Of a DNA stretch of 64,000 nt, positions 1-9,780 are shown piece after piece; position 1 is the stretch's first letter, and every line of letters starts with the position of its first letter. The DNA is taken from the NCBI GenBank assembly GCA_003221515.1, contig QHSI01000129.1:6646-70645 (forward strand). The letters run 5' to 3'. A program made the translations under genes and the position numbers. The notes under the pieces are model-generated. The model did no database searches. It was not told the DNA's origin and saw nothing but the letters and a program-made list of their open reading frames with translations. Source of the DNA: Candidatus Rokuibacteriota bacterium. Its GTDB lineage: Bacteria > Methylomirabilota > Methylomirabilia > Rokubacteriales > CSP1-6.

Positions 1-42
1 GGCGCACATGAGGAACAAAAGGAGTGCGAGGGAGCGGCGCAT
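1..42 (-). CDS. 5' end of a gene running off the left edge (signal-peptide-like N-terminus)
   Basis: ATG at 42 reads MRRSLALLLFLMCA, basic then hydrophobic; only 14 codons visible. Confidence 0.35.
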   Translation of the reverse strand, partial: MRRSLALLLFLMCA

Positions 43-239
43 GCGCGTCAATGGTATGGAGAGACCGAGGCAGAACCGGCGAAAATAACGACACGAGCGG
101 GAGGTCTACATCTGGGGGCGCGCCCCGCGCGCGACTACCAATGCGAGGGCGCGCCTCGGTCTGCCAGGTGCCTTGGGGCGCCGGTGCCGGAGGCGGCGGC
201 GGCCCCGCCGGGACCGCCGGGATCCAGACCCACACGTAT

Positions 240-866
240 CTACCGCCGGAGCAGGGGGCGCAAGTAGGGCCAGAGCCGGTCGGCGACCGTCTGATAGCCC
301 GCGGCGGTCGGATGGATGCCGTCGGCCTGGTTCAGGCGCTGATCGGCGGCCACGCCGTCGAGCAGGAACGGCATGAACGCCACCTGGGCGTGCCGGGCGA
401 CAGCCGGGAACACGTCCGCGAATTCGCGGGTGAACTCCACGCCGTAGTTCGGCGGCAGGCGCATGCCCGCCAGCAGAACGCGGGCGCCCGCGGCGCGCAG
501 CCGCGCGACGATCTCGTCGAGATTGGCGCGCATCGCCTGCGGGCTCTGACCGCGCAGACCGTCGTTGGCGCCAAGCGCCACGATGACGATCTCGGGCCCC
601 GCGCGCAGCACCCAGTCGACGCGCCGCCGGCCGCCGGCGGTCGTGTCGCCGCTCACCCCCGCGTTGACCACGCGATAGGCGTAGCCTTCGCGCGTGAGGC
701 GCGCCTGGAGACGCGCCGGATAGGTCTCGTCGGGGGCGACGCCGAGGCCGGCAGTGAGGCTGTCCCCGAGGGCGACGATGACCGCATCGGCGCGCGCGGG
801 CGCGGGCCACGCGACGAGCCACGCGACCAGCACGCCGAGCGAGACGCGCGCGACGAAGCCGCTCAC
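240..866 (-). CDS. tesA: Arylesterase / acyl-CoA thioesterase I (SGNH/GDSL hydrolase)
   Basis: Signal peptide, GDSLTAG, NAGVSGDTT, LGANDG, DGIHP; divergent from ybbA/ybbP-like genes as in E. coli. Confidence 0.9.
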   Translation of the reverse strand: MSGFVARVSLGVLVAWLVAWPAPARADAVIVALGDSLTAGLGVAPDETYPARLQARLTREGYAYRVVNAGVSGDTTAGGRRRVDWVLRAGPEIVIVALGANDGLRGQSPQAMRANLDEIVARLRAAGARVLLAGMRLPPNYGVEFTREFADVFPAVARHAQVAFMPFLLDGVAADQRLNQADGIHPTAAGYQTVADRLWPYLRPLLRR

Positions 867-880
867 TTCGCCAGTGTAGT

Positions 881-1561
881 ATGAGTTTCGTGATGATCCG
901 GATCCGCGACCTCGTGATGCGTCTGCCGAGCGGCGGCCGCTCGCTCACGATCCTGGACGGCATCACGCTCGACGTCAGCGCCGGCGAGGTGTGCGCGATC
1001 ACCGGCCCGTCGGGCAGCGGCAAGTCGACGCTGCTCGGGCTCATCGCGGGTCTCGATCGTCCGAGCGCGGGCTCGATCGCGGTCGCCGGCGTCGAGATCA
1101 CCGGCCTCGACGAGGACGCGCTGGCGAAGTTTCGCCGCGCGACGGTGGGCTACGTCTTCCAGTCCTATCACCTGATCCCGACGATGACCGCCGTGGAGAA
1201 CGCCGCCGTTCCGCTCGAGATCGCCGGTGAACCCGACGCGCTCGAACGGGCGCGCGCGCTGCTCGGCGACGTCGGGCTGGCCGACCGCGCCCACCACTAT
1301 CCGGTGCAGCTCTCGGGTGGTGAGCAGCAGCGCGTGGCGTTGGCCCGCGCCGTCGCGCTCGGTCCCGGGCTACTGCTGGCCGACGAGCCCACCGGCAACC
1401 TGGACTCGGCCACCGGCGCGCAGATCATCGAGCTGCTGTTGGCGCTCAATCGTCGCCACGGGTCCACGCTGGTGCTGGTGACCCACGACGAGGCGCTGGC
1501 CGGCCGCGCCGATCGCGTGGTGAAGCTGCACGACGGCCGCATCGCGAACGGCGCGGCGTGA
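881..1561 (+). CDS. ybbA: ABC transporter ATP-binding protein (YbbA/LolD-like)
   Basis: [34 protein letters not shown]. Confidence 0.85.
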   Translation: MSFVMIRIRDLVMRLPSGGRSLTILDGITLDVSAGEVCAITGPSGSGKSTLLGLIAGLDRPSAGSIAVAGVEITGLDEDALAKFRRATVGYVFQSYHLIPTMTAVENAAVPLEIAGEPDALERARALLGDVGLADRAHHYPVQLSGGEQQRVALARAVALGPGLLLADEPTGNLDSATGAQIIELLLALNRRHGSTLVLVTHDEALAGRADRVVKLHDGRIANGAA

Positions 1562-4104
1562 GCGTCGGGTTCCCCCTGCGCATGGCGTGGCGTGAGACGC
1601 GCGGCGCCTGGCGCCACTTCGTCGTGTTCCTCGGCTGCGTCGCGCTCGGCGTCGCCGCGCTGGTCTCGGTCGGCACGTTCGCCGCGAACCTCGACCGCAC
1701 GCTGGCGCGCGAGGCGCGGGCGCTCACCGGCGGCGACCTCGAGCTGCGCTCGACCTACCCCCTCGCGGCCGACGCGCTGGCGGCGCTCGAGCGGTTGCGG
1801 GGCGCGGGCGCCGTCACCACGACCGTCCGCGAGCTGGTCGGGATGGCGCGCGATCCCGTCCGCGGCGGCACGCTGCTGGTCGAGTTGAAGGCGGTCGAGC
1901 CGGCCTATCCACTCTACGGGCGGCTTCAGACAACGCCGGCCGTGCCGTTGGGGGGACTGCTCGCGGCGCGCGGCGGCGCCGACGGCGCCGTCGTCGAGTC
2001 CCAGCTGCTCGAGCGACTGGGTCTCGCGGTGGGCGACGCCTTCGTCGTGGGCAACGCGCGCTATACGGTCAGGGGCGTGCTGGTGCGAGAGCCCGACCGC
2101 TCGGTGGGGCTGGTGACGCTGGGGCCGCGGGTCCTCGTCGCCGACGAGTCCCTCGGGCGGACCGGCCTGCTGCAGGTCGGCAGCCGCGTCCGCACCCGCA
2201 CGCTCGTGCGCCTCGCCGCCGGCGCGCCGGTGCGTCCCGTCGTCGCCGAGCTCGCGCGCGCGGTCGGCGATCCCTCGGTGCGCATCGCCGCGTTCGACGA
2301 CACGCAGCCCGGGCTGCGTCGCTTCTTCTCCCAGCTCGCGACGTATCTGGGCCTGGTCGGGCTCGCGAGCCTGCTGGTGGGCGGCGTCGGCATCGCGTCG
2401 TCGGTGACGACGTTCCTGCGGCGCCAGCTCGCGACGATCGCGATCCTCAAGTGTCTGGGCGCCGGCTCGCGCGTGCTGCTCGCCGCCTATCTCGTCCAGA
2501 CGCAGGCGGTCGGCGCGCTCGGGAGCCTCGTCGGCGCGGGGCTCGGTGTCGCGATCCAGCCGGTGCTGGTGCGGGCCCTCGCGCCGTTCGCCCCGTTCCC
2601 GCTCGAGGCGCAGTGGGATCCGTGGACGATCGCGCGCGGACTCGCGCTCGGCGTGCTGACCGCATTGCTCTGCGCGCTCTGGCCGCTGCTCGCCGTGCGC
2701 AGCGTGCCGCCCTCGCTGATCCTCCGGCGCGATGTCGACGCCACCGCCTGGCGCGCACGCCGGCCGTGGGCGGCGGCGCTGCCGATCGCCGCCGGGCTGG
2801 CGGCGCTGGCCATCTGGCAAGCGGGCTCGTTCCGCCTGGGCGCGATCTTCGTCGGCGCCGCCGCGGTGGCGATCGGCGTCCTCTTCGGCCTGTCGCGGAT
2901 CCTGGTGGTGGCGACGCGACGACTGCCCCGCGTCCGCGGGCTGGCGTGGCGCCAGGGCCTGGCCGGCCTCGACCGGCCGGGCGGCCACACCGTGCGCGTC
3001 GTCGTCGCGCTCGGCATCGGCGCGATGCTGCTGGTGGCCATCGCGCTGCTCGAGGCGAACCTGGGCCGCCAGATCGCCTACGAGCAAAAGCGCGACGCGC
3101 CGGCGTTCTTCTTCATCGACGTGCAGCCCGATCAGCGGGACGGATTCAGCCGACTCGTGAGCGGCGCCGCCGGCGGGCAGCCGCCCGCCCTGATCCCCGT
3201 CGTCCGGGCGCGCCTCGCGGCGATCGACGGCGTACCGATCACGCGCGAGCTGATCGACCGACGGAAGCGCGAATCGCCGGACAAGATCTGGTTTCTCATC
3301 CGCGAGTACATGCTGACGTGGGCCGCCGCGCCGGCGGCGCCGAGCACGATCGTCCGCGGGCGCTGGTGGACGCCGGCCGAGGCGGCGGCACGGCCGCGCG
3401 TGTCCGTCGAGGACGAGGCCGCGAAGTTCTTCGGCGTCGACGTCGGCGGCACCCTCACCTTCGACATCCAGGGCGTGACCGTCCAGGCCGAGGTGATGAG
3501 CCTGCGGAAGGTGCAGTGGCAGAGCCTGGCCGCCAACTTCTTCATGATCCTCTCGCCGGGCGCGCTCGACGGCGCGCCGACCACCTACATCGGGACCGCC
3601 CGGGTGGACGCGGCGGCGGAGGCGGAGATGCAGAACCGGGTGGTCGGCGCGTTCCCGAACGTCACGGCGATCCCGGTGCGGGGCGTCCTCGAGCGAGTCG
3701 GCCGAGTCCTCGACCAGATCTCGTTCGCCGTGCGATTCATGGCGCTGTTCAGCATCGCCGCCGGGCTCGTGGTCATGACGGGCGCGCTCGCCGCCACGCG
3801 TTACCAGCGCCTGTACGAGTCGGTCATCTTCAGGACGCTCGGCGCCACGCGCTGGGCGATCGCGCGCGCGTTCGCCGTCGAGTACGCGTGCCTGGGCGCG
3901 GTGGCGGGCCTGGGCGGGACGCTGCTGGCCGCGGTCCTGGCCTGGATCGTCGTGCGCTTCGTGCTCGACGCGCCATGGGCGCTCGAGCCCGAGACCCTCC
4001 TGCTCGGCGTGATCCTGACGACCGGCGTCTCGCTGGCGGTGGGCCTGCTCGCAACGCTCCGCCTGCTCGGCCGGAAGCCGCTCGCGGTGCTCCGGCAGGA
4101 GTGA
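1558..4104 (+). CDS. ybbP: ABC transporter permease, FtsX/YbbP family
   Basis: 848 aa, two FtsX-like repeats, AWRETRGAWRHF start, FFFIDVQPDQ motif; GTGA overlap with the ATPase stop. Confidence 0.8.
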   Translation: MSVGFPLRMAWRETRGAWRHFVVFLGCVALGVAALVSVGTFAANLDRTLAREARALTGGDLELRSTYPLAADALAALERLRGAGAVTTTVRELVGMARDPVRGGTLLVELKAVEPAYPLYGRLQTTPAVPLGGLLAARGGADGAVVESQLLERLGLAVGDAFVVGNARYTVRGVLVREPDRSVGLVTLGPRVLVADESLGRTGLLQVGSRVRTRTLVRLAAGAPVRPVVAELARAVGDPSVRIAAFDDTQPGLRRFFSQLATYLGLVGLASLLVGGVGIASSVTTFLRRQLATIAILKCLGAGSRVLLAAYLVQTQAVGALGSLVGAGLGVAIQPVLVRALAPFAPFPLEAQWDPWTIARGLALGVLTALLCALWPLLAVRSVPPSLILRRDVDATAWRARRPWAAALPIAAGLAALAIWQAGSFRLGAIFVGAAAVAIGVLFGLSRILVVATRRLPRVRGLAWRQGLAGLDRPGGHTVRVVVALGIGAMLLVAIALLEANLGRQIAYEQKRDAPAFFFIDVQPDQRDGFSRLVSGAAGGQPPALIPVVRARLAAIDGVPITRELIDRRKRESPDKIWFLIREYMLTWAAAPAAPSTIVRGRWWTPAEAAARPRVSVEDEAAKFFGVDVGGTLTFDIQGVTVQAEVMSLRKVQWQSLAANFFMILSPGALDGAPTTYIGTARVDAAAEAEMQNRVVGAFPNVTAIPVRGVLERVGRVLDQISFAVRFMALFSIAAGLVVMTGALAATRYQRLYESVIFRTLGATRWAIARAFAVEYACLGAVAGLGGTLLAAVLAWIVVRFVLDAPWALEPETLLLGVILTTGVSLAVGLLATLRLLGRKPLAVLRQE

Positions 4105-4142
4105 GCGTCCCCGTGGTAGGCTCCTCCCCGATGGAGGTGGCG

Positions 4143-4517
4143 ATGTTCAAGCCGCTCGGTCTCGATCACGTCGTCCTTCGGGTACGCGACCAGGCGAAGT
4201 CCCGGCGCTTTTACGAAGAGGTGCTCGGCTGCACGCTGGCCAAGCTCAACGAGCGGATCTCGCTGATCCATCTGCGGTTCGGCGAGGCGCTGATCGACCT
4301 CTTGCCCGCCACCGAGGCCGCCGGACCGATCGCGCCCGATCACTTCTGCCTGTCGATCCAGTGTGACGATCTCAAGGCGGTCGCGGAGGATCTCCGCCGA
4401 AGGGCGGTGGTGCTCGAGGGCGATATCGTGCAGCGCTTCGGCGCCTTTGGCGACGGGCCGTCGCTCTACCTGCGCGATCCCGACGGCAACATGATCGAGC
4501 TCAAGCCGCGCCCCTGA
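4143..4517 (+). CDS. VOC/glyoxalase family protein
   Basis: GGAGG RBS then ATG 4143; LDHVVLRV, DHFCL, SLYLRDPDGNMIEL. Confidence 0.85.
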   Translation: MFKPLGLDHVVLRVRDQAKSRRFYEEVLGCTLAKLNERISLIHLRFGEALIDLLPATEAAGPIAPDHFCLSIQCDDLKAVAEDLRRRAVVLEGDIVQRFGAFGDGPSLYLRDPDGNMIELKPRP

Positions 4518-4541
4518 TCGGGCCGCCCTGGAGCGCCGCGC

Positions 4542-7500
4542 CTAGCGGTTCATGACCTCCGCCACCATTCGCGTCAGCGCGTCGGGCGTGAATGGCTTCG
4601 TGAGCAGCACGGTGCGCGGATCGAGCACGCCGTGGTGCACGATCGCGTCGCCCGTATAGCCCGACATGTACAGCACCTTCATCTCGGGCCGCGCCGGCGC
4701 CAGCCGATCGGCGAGGTCGCGCCCGCTCATCTCCGGCATGACGACGTCGGTCAACAGCAGGTGGATCGGCCCCGTGTGCCCGCGCGCGACCTCCAGCGCC
4801 TCGTTCGGGCCGCCGGCCGACAGGACCGAGTAGCCGGCGATCCCGAGGACCTCGGTGGCAAGCGAGCGGAGCTCGCCTTCGTCCTCGACGACGAGCACGG
4901 TACCGGAGGCGCGGACCGGCGGTACGGTCTCGACCGTGGCGCTCCTGTGGACGGGCGCCGAGACGCGCGAGAGATAGATGCTCACCGCGGTGCCGGCGCC
5001 CAGTGCGCTCTCGAGCCGCACGTACCCGTCGTGCTGCTTGACGATGCCGTAGACGGTCGCGAGCCCGAGCCCGGTGCCCTTGCCGACCCCTTTGGTCGTG
5101 AAGAACGGTTCGAAGACGTGGGCCTGGACCTCGGGGCTCATTCCGATCCCGGTGTCGCGCACGCGGAACATCGCGTGCGGTCCAAGGCTCGAGCCCGGAT
5201 GGGCGTCTACGAAGTCGGTGTCGAGCTCGACGTCGGCGGTCTCGATGCTCAGGCGCCCGCCCTGCGGCATCGCGTCGCGCGCGTTCACCGCCAGGTTCAG
5301 GATGATCTGCTCGATCTGCGCGGGGTCGGCCTTGACGCGGCCGAGCGTGGGGTCGAGCACCGTGATCAGCTCGATCGTCTCGCCGATCAGGGGCTTGAGC
5401 ATCTGGGCCATGTTCCCCACCACGTCGTTGAGATCGAGCACGCGCGGCTGGAGCATCTGCTTGCGGCTGAAGGCGAGCAGCTGCTGGGTGAGGGACGCCG
5501 CGCGGTCCGCCGTCTTCTTGACCAGCTCGATGTCGCGCCGCCGCGGGTCGTCGGCGGTGAGGCGGAGCAGGAGCAGCTCGGTCCGGCCGGTGATGACCGT
5601 GAGGAGGTTGTTGAAGTCGTGCGCGATCCCGCCGGCGAGCCGGCCGACCGCTTCCATCTTCTGGGCCTGACGCAGCTGCGCCTCGCTCTGGCGCAGCGCC
5701 TCTTCGGCGCGCTTGCGCTCGGTGATGTCCAGCACCGTCGACTGGATGGCGGGCTCGTTCTCCCAGAGGATTGCCGAGACCTGGATGTCGAACCAGACGA
5801 GCGAGCCGTCTTTCCTCACGGCCTGGGACTCGTACTGCGAAGGCACCGCCTCGCCCCGTAGCCGCGCCGCAAGGTAGCCCTCGAGCCGGGGCAGCTCGGC
5901 GGGCGCCATCCATCGGCGAGAGTCGATGCCGATGAGATCGCTCACGCTCTCGTAGCCCAGCATCCGCGCGAACGTCGAGTTGACGAAGAGCGTGACCCAG
6001 CTCCGGTGGATGTGGATGCCCTGGATGGAGCCTTCCACGAGCGTCCGGTACCGTCGCTCGCTCTCCCGCTCGCGCGCGAACAGCTGGGCGTTCCGGAGGG
6101 CGATGGCGGCCTCGTCGGCCAGGCGCGACAGGACGGCCTCGTCGTGATCGGTGAACGGTCGCGGCGAGCGGTTGGCGACATAGATGAGCCCGATCGCGCG
6201 ATCCGCGCTCTTGATCGGCACCGCCATGGCGGCGACGGTCTCGTTGGCACGGGCGCGGTCGAGATATGCCTTGTCGAAGGACGCGTCGTTCGGATAGTCA
6301 TCGGTCCGGCACGGCCGGCCGGTCAGGAGCGCGCGGCCGCCGAGACCCTTGCCCGGCTCGATGAGGTTGGGTCGCGCGGGCATGTCGCGCGCGCCGACGG
6401 CGTAACGCACGGTGACCGGCTCCTCGTCGTCCTCCCGGAACCCGATCAGCGCCAGGTCGCTGCGCGCGAGCTCCTTCGCCCCGTCGGTGATCCGCCGCAG
6501 CACCGCCTCGACGTCGAGGGAGACGGTGAGCGCACGGGAGACGTCGGCCAGGACCTCCGACTCCCGGCGGCGCCGCTCGCTGTCCTCGAACAGGCGCGCG
6601 TTCTCGAGCGCGAGCGCCGCCTGGGTGGCGAACGCCTGCAGGAGCTCGACCTGTCGCTGGGAGAACGGCCCGACGTCGTCCCGATACGTGACGAGCGCGC
6701 CGAGCACGCGATCACCGACGAGCAACGGCGTGGAGAGCACCGCCCGGTAGCCCTCGGCTTCGACCGCCGCGCGAGTCGTTGGTGCCAGGTCGAAGTCCGG
6801 ATCGTTGAGCAGATCCGCCGACCAGACGGGTCGTCGCTGGGCGATGGCGGCGGGCGTGGTGCCGTCGCGCGGGTGCCGGGGTCGCATGCCCGCGGGGAAT
6901 CCCCGGCTCATGCCGCGGCTGGCCTGGAACCCGAAGGGGCTCCCGGGCTCGCCGGCGTTCAGGAGCGCGACCGCCGAGCGCTGGGTCCCGAGCAGGGCGC
7001 AGGCGCGGTCCACGACGAACGAGAGGATCTCCTGGAGGTCGAGGGACGACGTGATCGCGCTGCCGAGCTCGGCGAGCGCCTCCGCCTCGTGGCGCCGCGC
7101 GGCGCTGTCGGTGAACAGGCGCGCGTTGCCGATCGCGACGGCGGCATGGTCGGCGAGGCCGAGCAAGATGTGCTCGTCGCGATCGGTGAGGATCCGGTCA
7201 TCCCGGTTCGACACCGCCAGGAATCCCTCGACCCCCTCCTCGATCTTGATCGGGACCGCCATGTACGCGCGCATGCCTTCCTCGCGCGCGATCGTCGCGA
7301 ACGTCGGGGAGATCCGGGGATCCTCGAGGTAGCGGTCCGTCCGGAACGGACGGCCGTTGACGAGGACGAGACCGGCGGCGCCCTGCCCCGGCGCGATGCG
7401 CATCGAGCGGTAGCCGTCGTACTCCGCGCCCGGCCAGTGGCGGAACTCGACGCTGTCGGTGCTCGGATCACGCAGCGCGACGAACGACATGTCGCTCTGG

Positions 7501-8219
7501 CACACCCCGCGGGCGCCCTCGGCGATTCGCTGCAGCACCGTCGACAGATCGAGCGACGTGTTGATGGTGCGTACCACCGCCGCCAGTAGCTCGGACTCGC
7601 GTCGGCGCCGCTCGGTCTCTTCGTAGAGCCGGGCGTTTACGATGGCGATGGCGGCCTGGTCCGCCAGGAGCCCGCAGAGATTCCGCTCCTCGGGCGTGAA
7701 GGCGCCGCGCTGGCCGAAGGCCACGATCAGCGCGCCGACCGCGCGCTCCTGATGCAGCAGCGGCTGTGCGATGCACGCGTGGAGGTCGGCTTCCCTCGCC
7801 AGCACCGGGTTGAGCCAGCGGGGATCCCGCTGCACGTCTTCGACGTACTCGGGCCGCCGCGACTGCAGGACGTCCGCGGACAGGCTGCCCTTGCGAGAGA
7901 CCGGCACGATCGTGGCAGGCGCCCGCGTCGCGAGCCTCGCGTCCGCCCAGTAGCTCCCGGCCTCCTTCAGCCGCTCGCCGCCGGCGTCGATCCAGACGTA
8001 CGCCATCTTCGCCTTGAGCAACGTCGAGGCCGCCTCGGCGATGCCGCGGAAGACGGCGTCGCTGTCGGTCGCCGACGTGATGAGGCGCGTCAGCTGGCTG
8101 AGCGTGGTGAGGCGTTCGGCGCGCTCCTCGGCCTGCTGGATCAGCCGGGTCCGCGGGCTCGGGGTCTTCGACGCCGTGCGCCGGCCCGGCCGCGGCCTGG
8201 ACTTACTCGGCTTGCTCAA
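4542..8219 (-). CDS. Hybrid sensor histidine kinase (4xGAF-PAS-HisKA-HATPase-REC)
   Basis: Four GAF repeats ending in NARL(Y/F), PAS (YESQAVRKDGS), GGIAHDFNNLL, EPFFTTKGVGKGTGLGL, C-terminal LLLTDVVMP receiver; TTG start uncertain. Confidence 0.9.
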   Translation of the reverse strand: MSKPSKSRPRPGRRTASKTPSPRTRLIQQAEERAERLTTLSQLTRLITSATDSDAVFRGIAEAASTLLKAKMAYVWIDAGGERLKEAGSYWADARLATRAPATIVPVSRKGSLSADVLQSRRPEYVEDVQRDPRWLNPVLAREADLHACIAQPLLHQERAVGALIVAFGQRGAFTPEERNLCGLLADQAAIAIVNARLYEETERRRRESELLAAVVRTINTSLDLSTVLQRIAEGARGVCQSDMSFVALRDPSTDSVEFRHWPGAEYDGYRSMRIAPGQGAAGLVLVNGRPFRTDRYLEDPRISPTFATIAREEGMRAYMAVPIKIEEGVEGFLAVSNRDDRILTDRDEHILLGLADHAAVAIGNARLFTDSAARRHEAEALAELGSAITSSLDLQEILSFVVDRACALLGTQRSAVALLNAGEPGSPFGFQASRGMSRGFPAGMRPRHPRDGTTPAAIAQRRPVWSADLLNDPDFDLAPTTRAAVEAEGYRAVLSTPLLVGDRVLGALVTYRDDVGPFSQRQVELLQAFATQAALALENARLFEDSERRRRESEVLADVSRALTVSLDVEAVLRRITDGAKELARSDLALIGFREDDEEPVTVRYAVGARDMPARPNLIEPGKGLGGRALLTGRPCRTDDYPNDASFDKAYLDRARANETVAAMAVPIKSADRAIGLIYVANRSPRPFTDHDEAVLSRLADEAAIALRNAQLFARERESERRYRTLVEGSIQGIHIHRSWVTLFVNSTFARMLGYESVSDLIGIDSRRWMAPAELPRLEGYLAARLRGEAVPSQYESQAVRKDGSLVWFDIQVSAILWENEPAIQSTVLDITERKRAEEALRQSEAQLRQAQKMEAVGRLAGGIAHDFNNLLTVITGRTELLLLRLTADDPRRRDIELVKKTADRAASLTQQLLAFSRKQMLQPRVLDLNDVVGNMAQMLKPLIGETIELITVLDPTLGRVKADPAQIEQIILNLAVNARDAMPQGGRLSIETADVELDTDFVDAHPGSSLGPHAMFRVRDTGIGMSPEVQAHVFEPFFTTKGVGKGTGLGLATVYGIVKQHDGYVRLESALGAGTAVSIYLSRVSAPVHRSATVETVPPVRASGTVLVVEDEGELRSLATEVLGIAGYSVLSAGGPNEALEVARGHTGPIHLLLTDVVMPEMSGRDLADRLAPARPEMKVLYMSGYTGDAIVHHGVLDPRTVLLTKPFTPDALTRMVAEVMNR

Positions 8220-9453
8220 TGTCGAAGCGCAAGCGGGCGTGGGCCTCGCGCAGCGCCCGCTCGACCGCGACGGGGGTGTCGGCGCGCGCGAAGATGAACC
8301 CGAGGTACTGCCAGCCCTCGGGGAGCGGCACCACCGTCTGGCCGGGATGCATCGTCACCGCGACTTCCTCGATCCCGTCGACCGCGGTGGCTTCGTCGCG
8401 CCCCGTCACCGCGCGCAACCGACCCGCGCGCGGAATCGGGATCATCATCACGCCGGCGGCTCGCTGCTCACGCTCGAGCGAGTCCAGCGGGCGGCCGAGG
8501 GCGTGGCAGAGGATCAGCTCCTCGAGGCTCACGCCGGTGCCGAAGCGTAGCGTCTGGGAGCAGAGGCCGCCGATCGAGCGCGCCGCGACCTCGAGGACCC
8601 ACGGGCCCTGCTCGTTGACGCGCAGCTCGGCGTGGACGGGTCCTTCGGTCAGTCCGAGCGCCGCGCACGCGTCGCGGCTCACCGCCGCGATGCGGGCCTG
8701 CGTGGCCCCAGGCAGCCGGGAGGGCGTGACGTAGATGGTCTCCTCGAAGAACGGCCCGTCGAGCGGATCCGGCTTGTCGAAGAGGGCCAGGACGTGGAGC
8801 GTGCCGCCGACCAGCAGCCCTTCGAGGGCGACCTCGCGTCCGGGCACGAACGCCTCGACGAGCAGGGTGCGCCGCGCTTTGTCGGGAAGCGAAGCCTCGA
8901 CCTCGGCCAGGATCGCCGCGATGCGCCCGAAGGCCGCGACGAATTCTCGCGCGTCGTTCGCGCGGATCACGCCGCGGCTCGCCGAGAGCATGCGCGGCTT
9001 GAGGACGCACGGGTACTCGACCTGCTGGGCGATGGCGCGTGGATCGTGGCTCAAGTCGACGAGGCGGAAACGAGGCACCGGAACGGACGCGTCGGCGAGG
9101 CATCGGCGCATCGCGTGCTTGTCGCGCGCGGTGGTGACGGCGGGCAGGGGATTCGTCTTGAGCCCGAGCCGCGCGCTGATGGCGGCGGCCACGACCGTGG
9201 TGAGATCGTCGACCGCGACGACGGCGTCGATCGGCCGGCGGCGCGCGAGCCGGGCGATCGCCTCCGCGCTGGCGGACGCATCGTTGAAGTCGAGCGTGAC
9301 GAGGTTGTCGGGCGCGTGCTCCTGCAGCGTGCTCGGCCGCTCCGAGGCGCACACGAGCTCGACGCCCATCCGGGTCGCGGCGGCGACGAACGCCTCGGTG
9401 CGATACGTCGTGGTGGGGAGCAGGAGCAGCAACCGGCTCGCCGAAGTCGGCAC
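8203..9453 (-). CDS. ATP-grasp domain ligase
   Basis: YPCVLKPRMLSASRGVIR, LLVEAFVPGREVALEG, GPVHAELR, VLEVAARSIGG. Confidence 0.85.
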   Translation of the reverse strand: MPTSASRLLLLLPTTTYRTEAFVAAATRMGVELVCASERPSTLQEHAPDNLVTLDFNDASASAEAIARLARRRPIDAVVAVDDLTTVVAAAISARLGLKTNPLPAVTTARDKHAMRRCLADASVPVPRFRLVDLSHDPRAIAQQVEYPCVLKPRMLSASRGVIRANDAREFVAAFGRIAAILAEVEASLPDKARRTLLVEAFVPGREVALEGLLVGGTLHVLALFDKPDPLDGPFFEETIYVTPSRLPGATQARIAAVSRDACAALGLTEGPVHAELRVNEQGPWVLEVAARSIGGLCSQTLRFGTGVSLEELILCHALGRPLDSLEREQRAAGVMMIPIPRAGRLRAVTGRDEATAVDGIEEVAVTMHPGQTVVPLPEGWQYLGFIFARADTPVAVERALREAHARLRFDIEQAE

Positions 9454-9488
9454 TGACGTCTCCTGCCTGCGCGCGGCGGCGCGGGGAG

Positions 9489-9770
9489 CTAGGCTTTGCC
9501 CGGCGTGTAGTACGGGTTGTTGCCCGCGGCGTGATCGGTCGTGTCGAGCACTTCCGTGACCTCGGGGAGCTCGTCCTTGATCAACCGCTCGATCCCCGAC
9601 TTCAACGTGACGTCCGCGGCGCCACAGCCCTGGCAGCCGCCGCCCATCTGGAGGTAGACACGATTGTCCTGCACGTCGATCAGCTCGACGAAGCCGCCGT
9701 GACCGGCAACCGCGGGATTGATCATCGTGTCGATCAGCTCTTGAACTTTCGTCTTGAGTTCAGCGCTCAT
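9489..9770 (-). CDS. NifU/NfuA-type Fe-S carrier
   Basis: INPAVAGHGG, GGGCQGCG (CxxC), TLKSGIE; GAGGTG RBS. Confidence 0.9.
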   Translation of the reverse strand: MSAELKTKVQELIDTMINPAVAGHGGFVELIDVQDNRVYLQMGGGCQGCGAADVTLKSGIERLIKDELPEVTEVLDTTDHAAGNNPYYTPGKA

Positions 9771-9780
9771 GCGGCACCTC

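Noticed and set aside
24-3584. Long overlapping ORFs (24..884, 106..1101, 1297..3087, 2451..4517)
   Set aside because: Shadows of tesA/ybbA/ybbP with no motifs; only the last 125 codons of 2451..4517 are the real VOC gene
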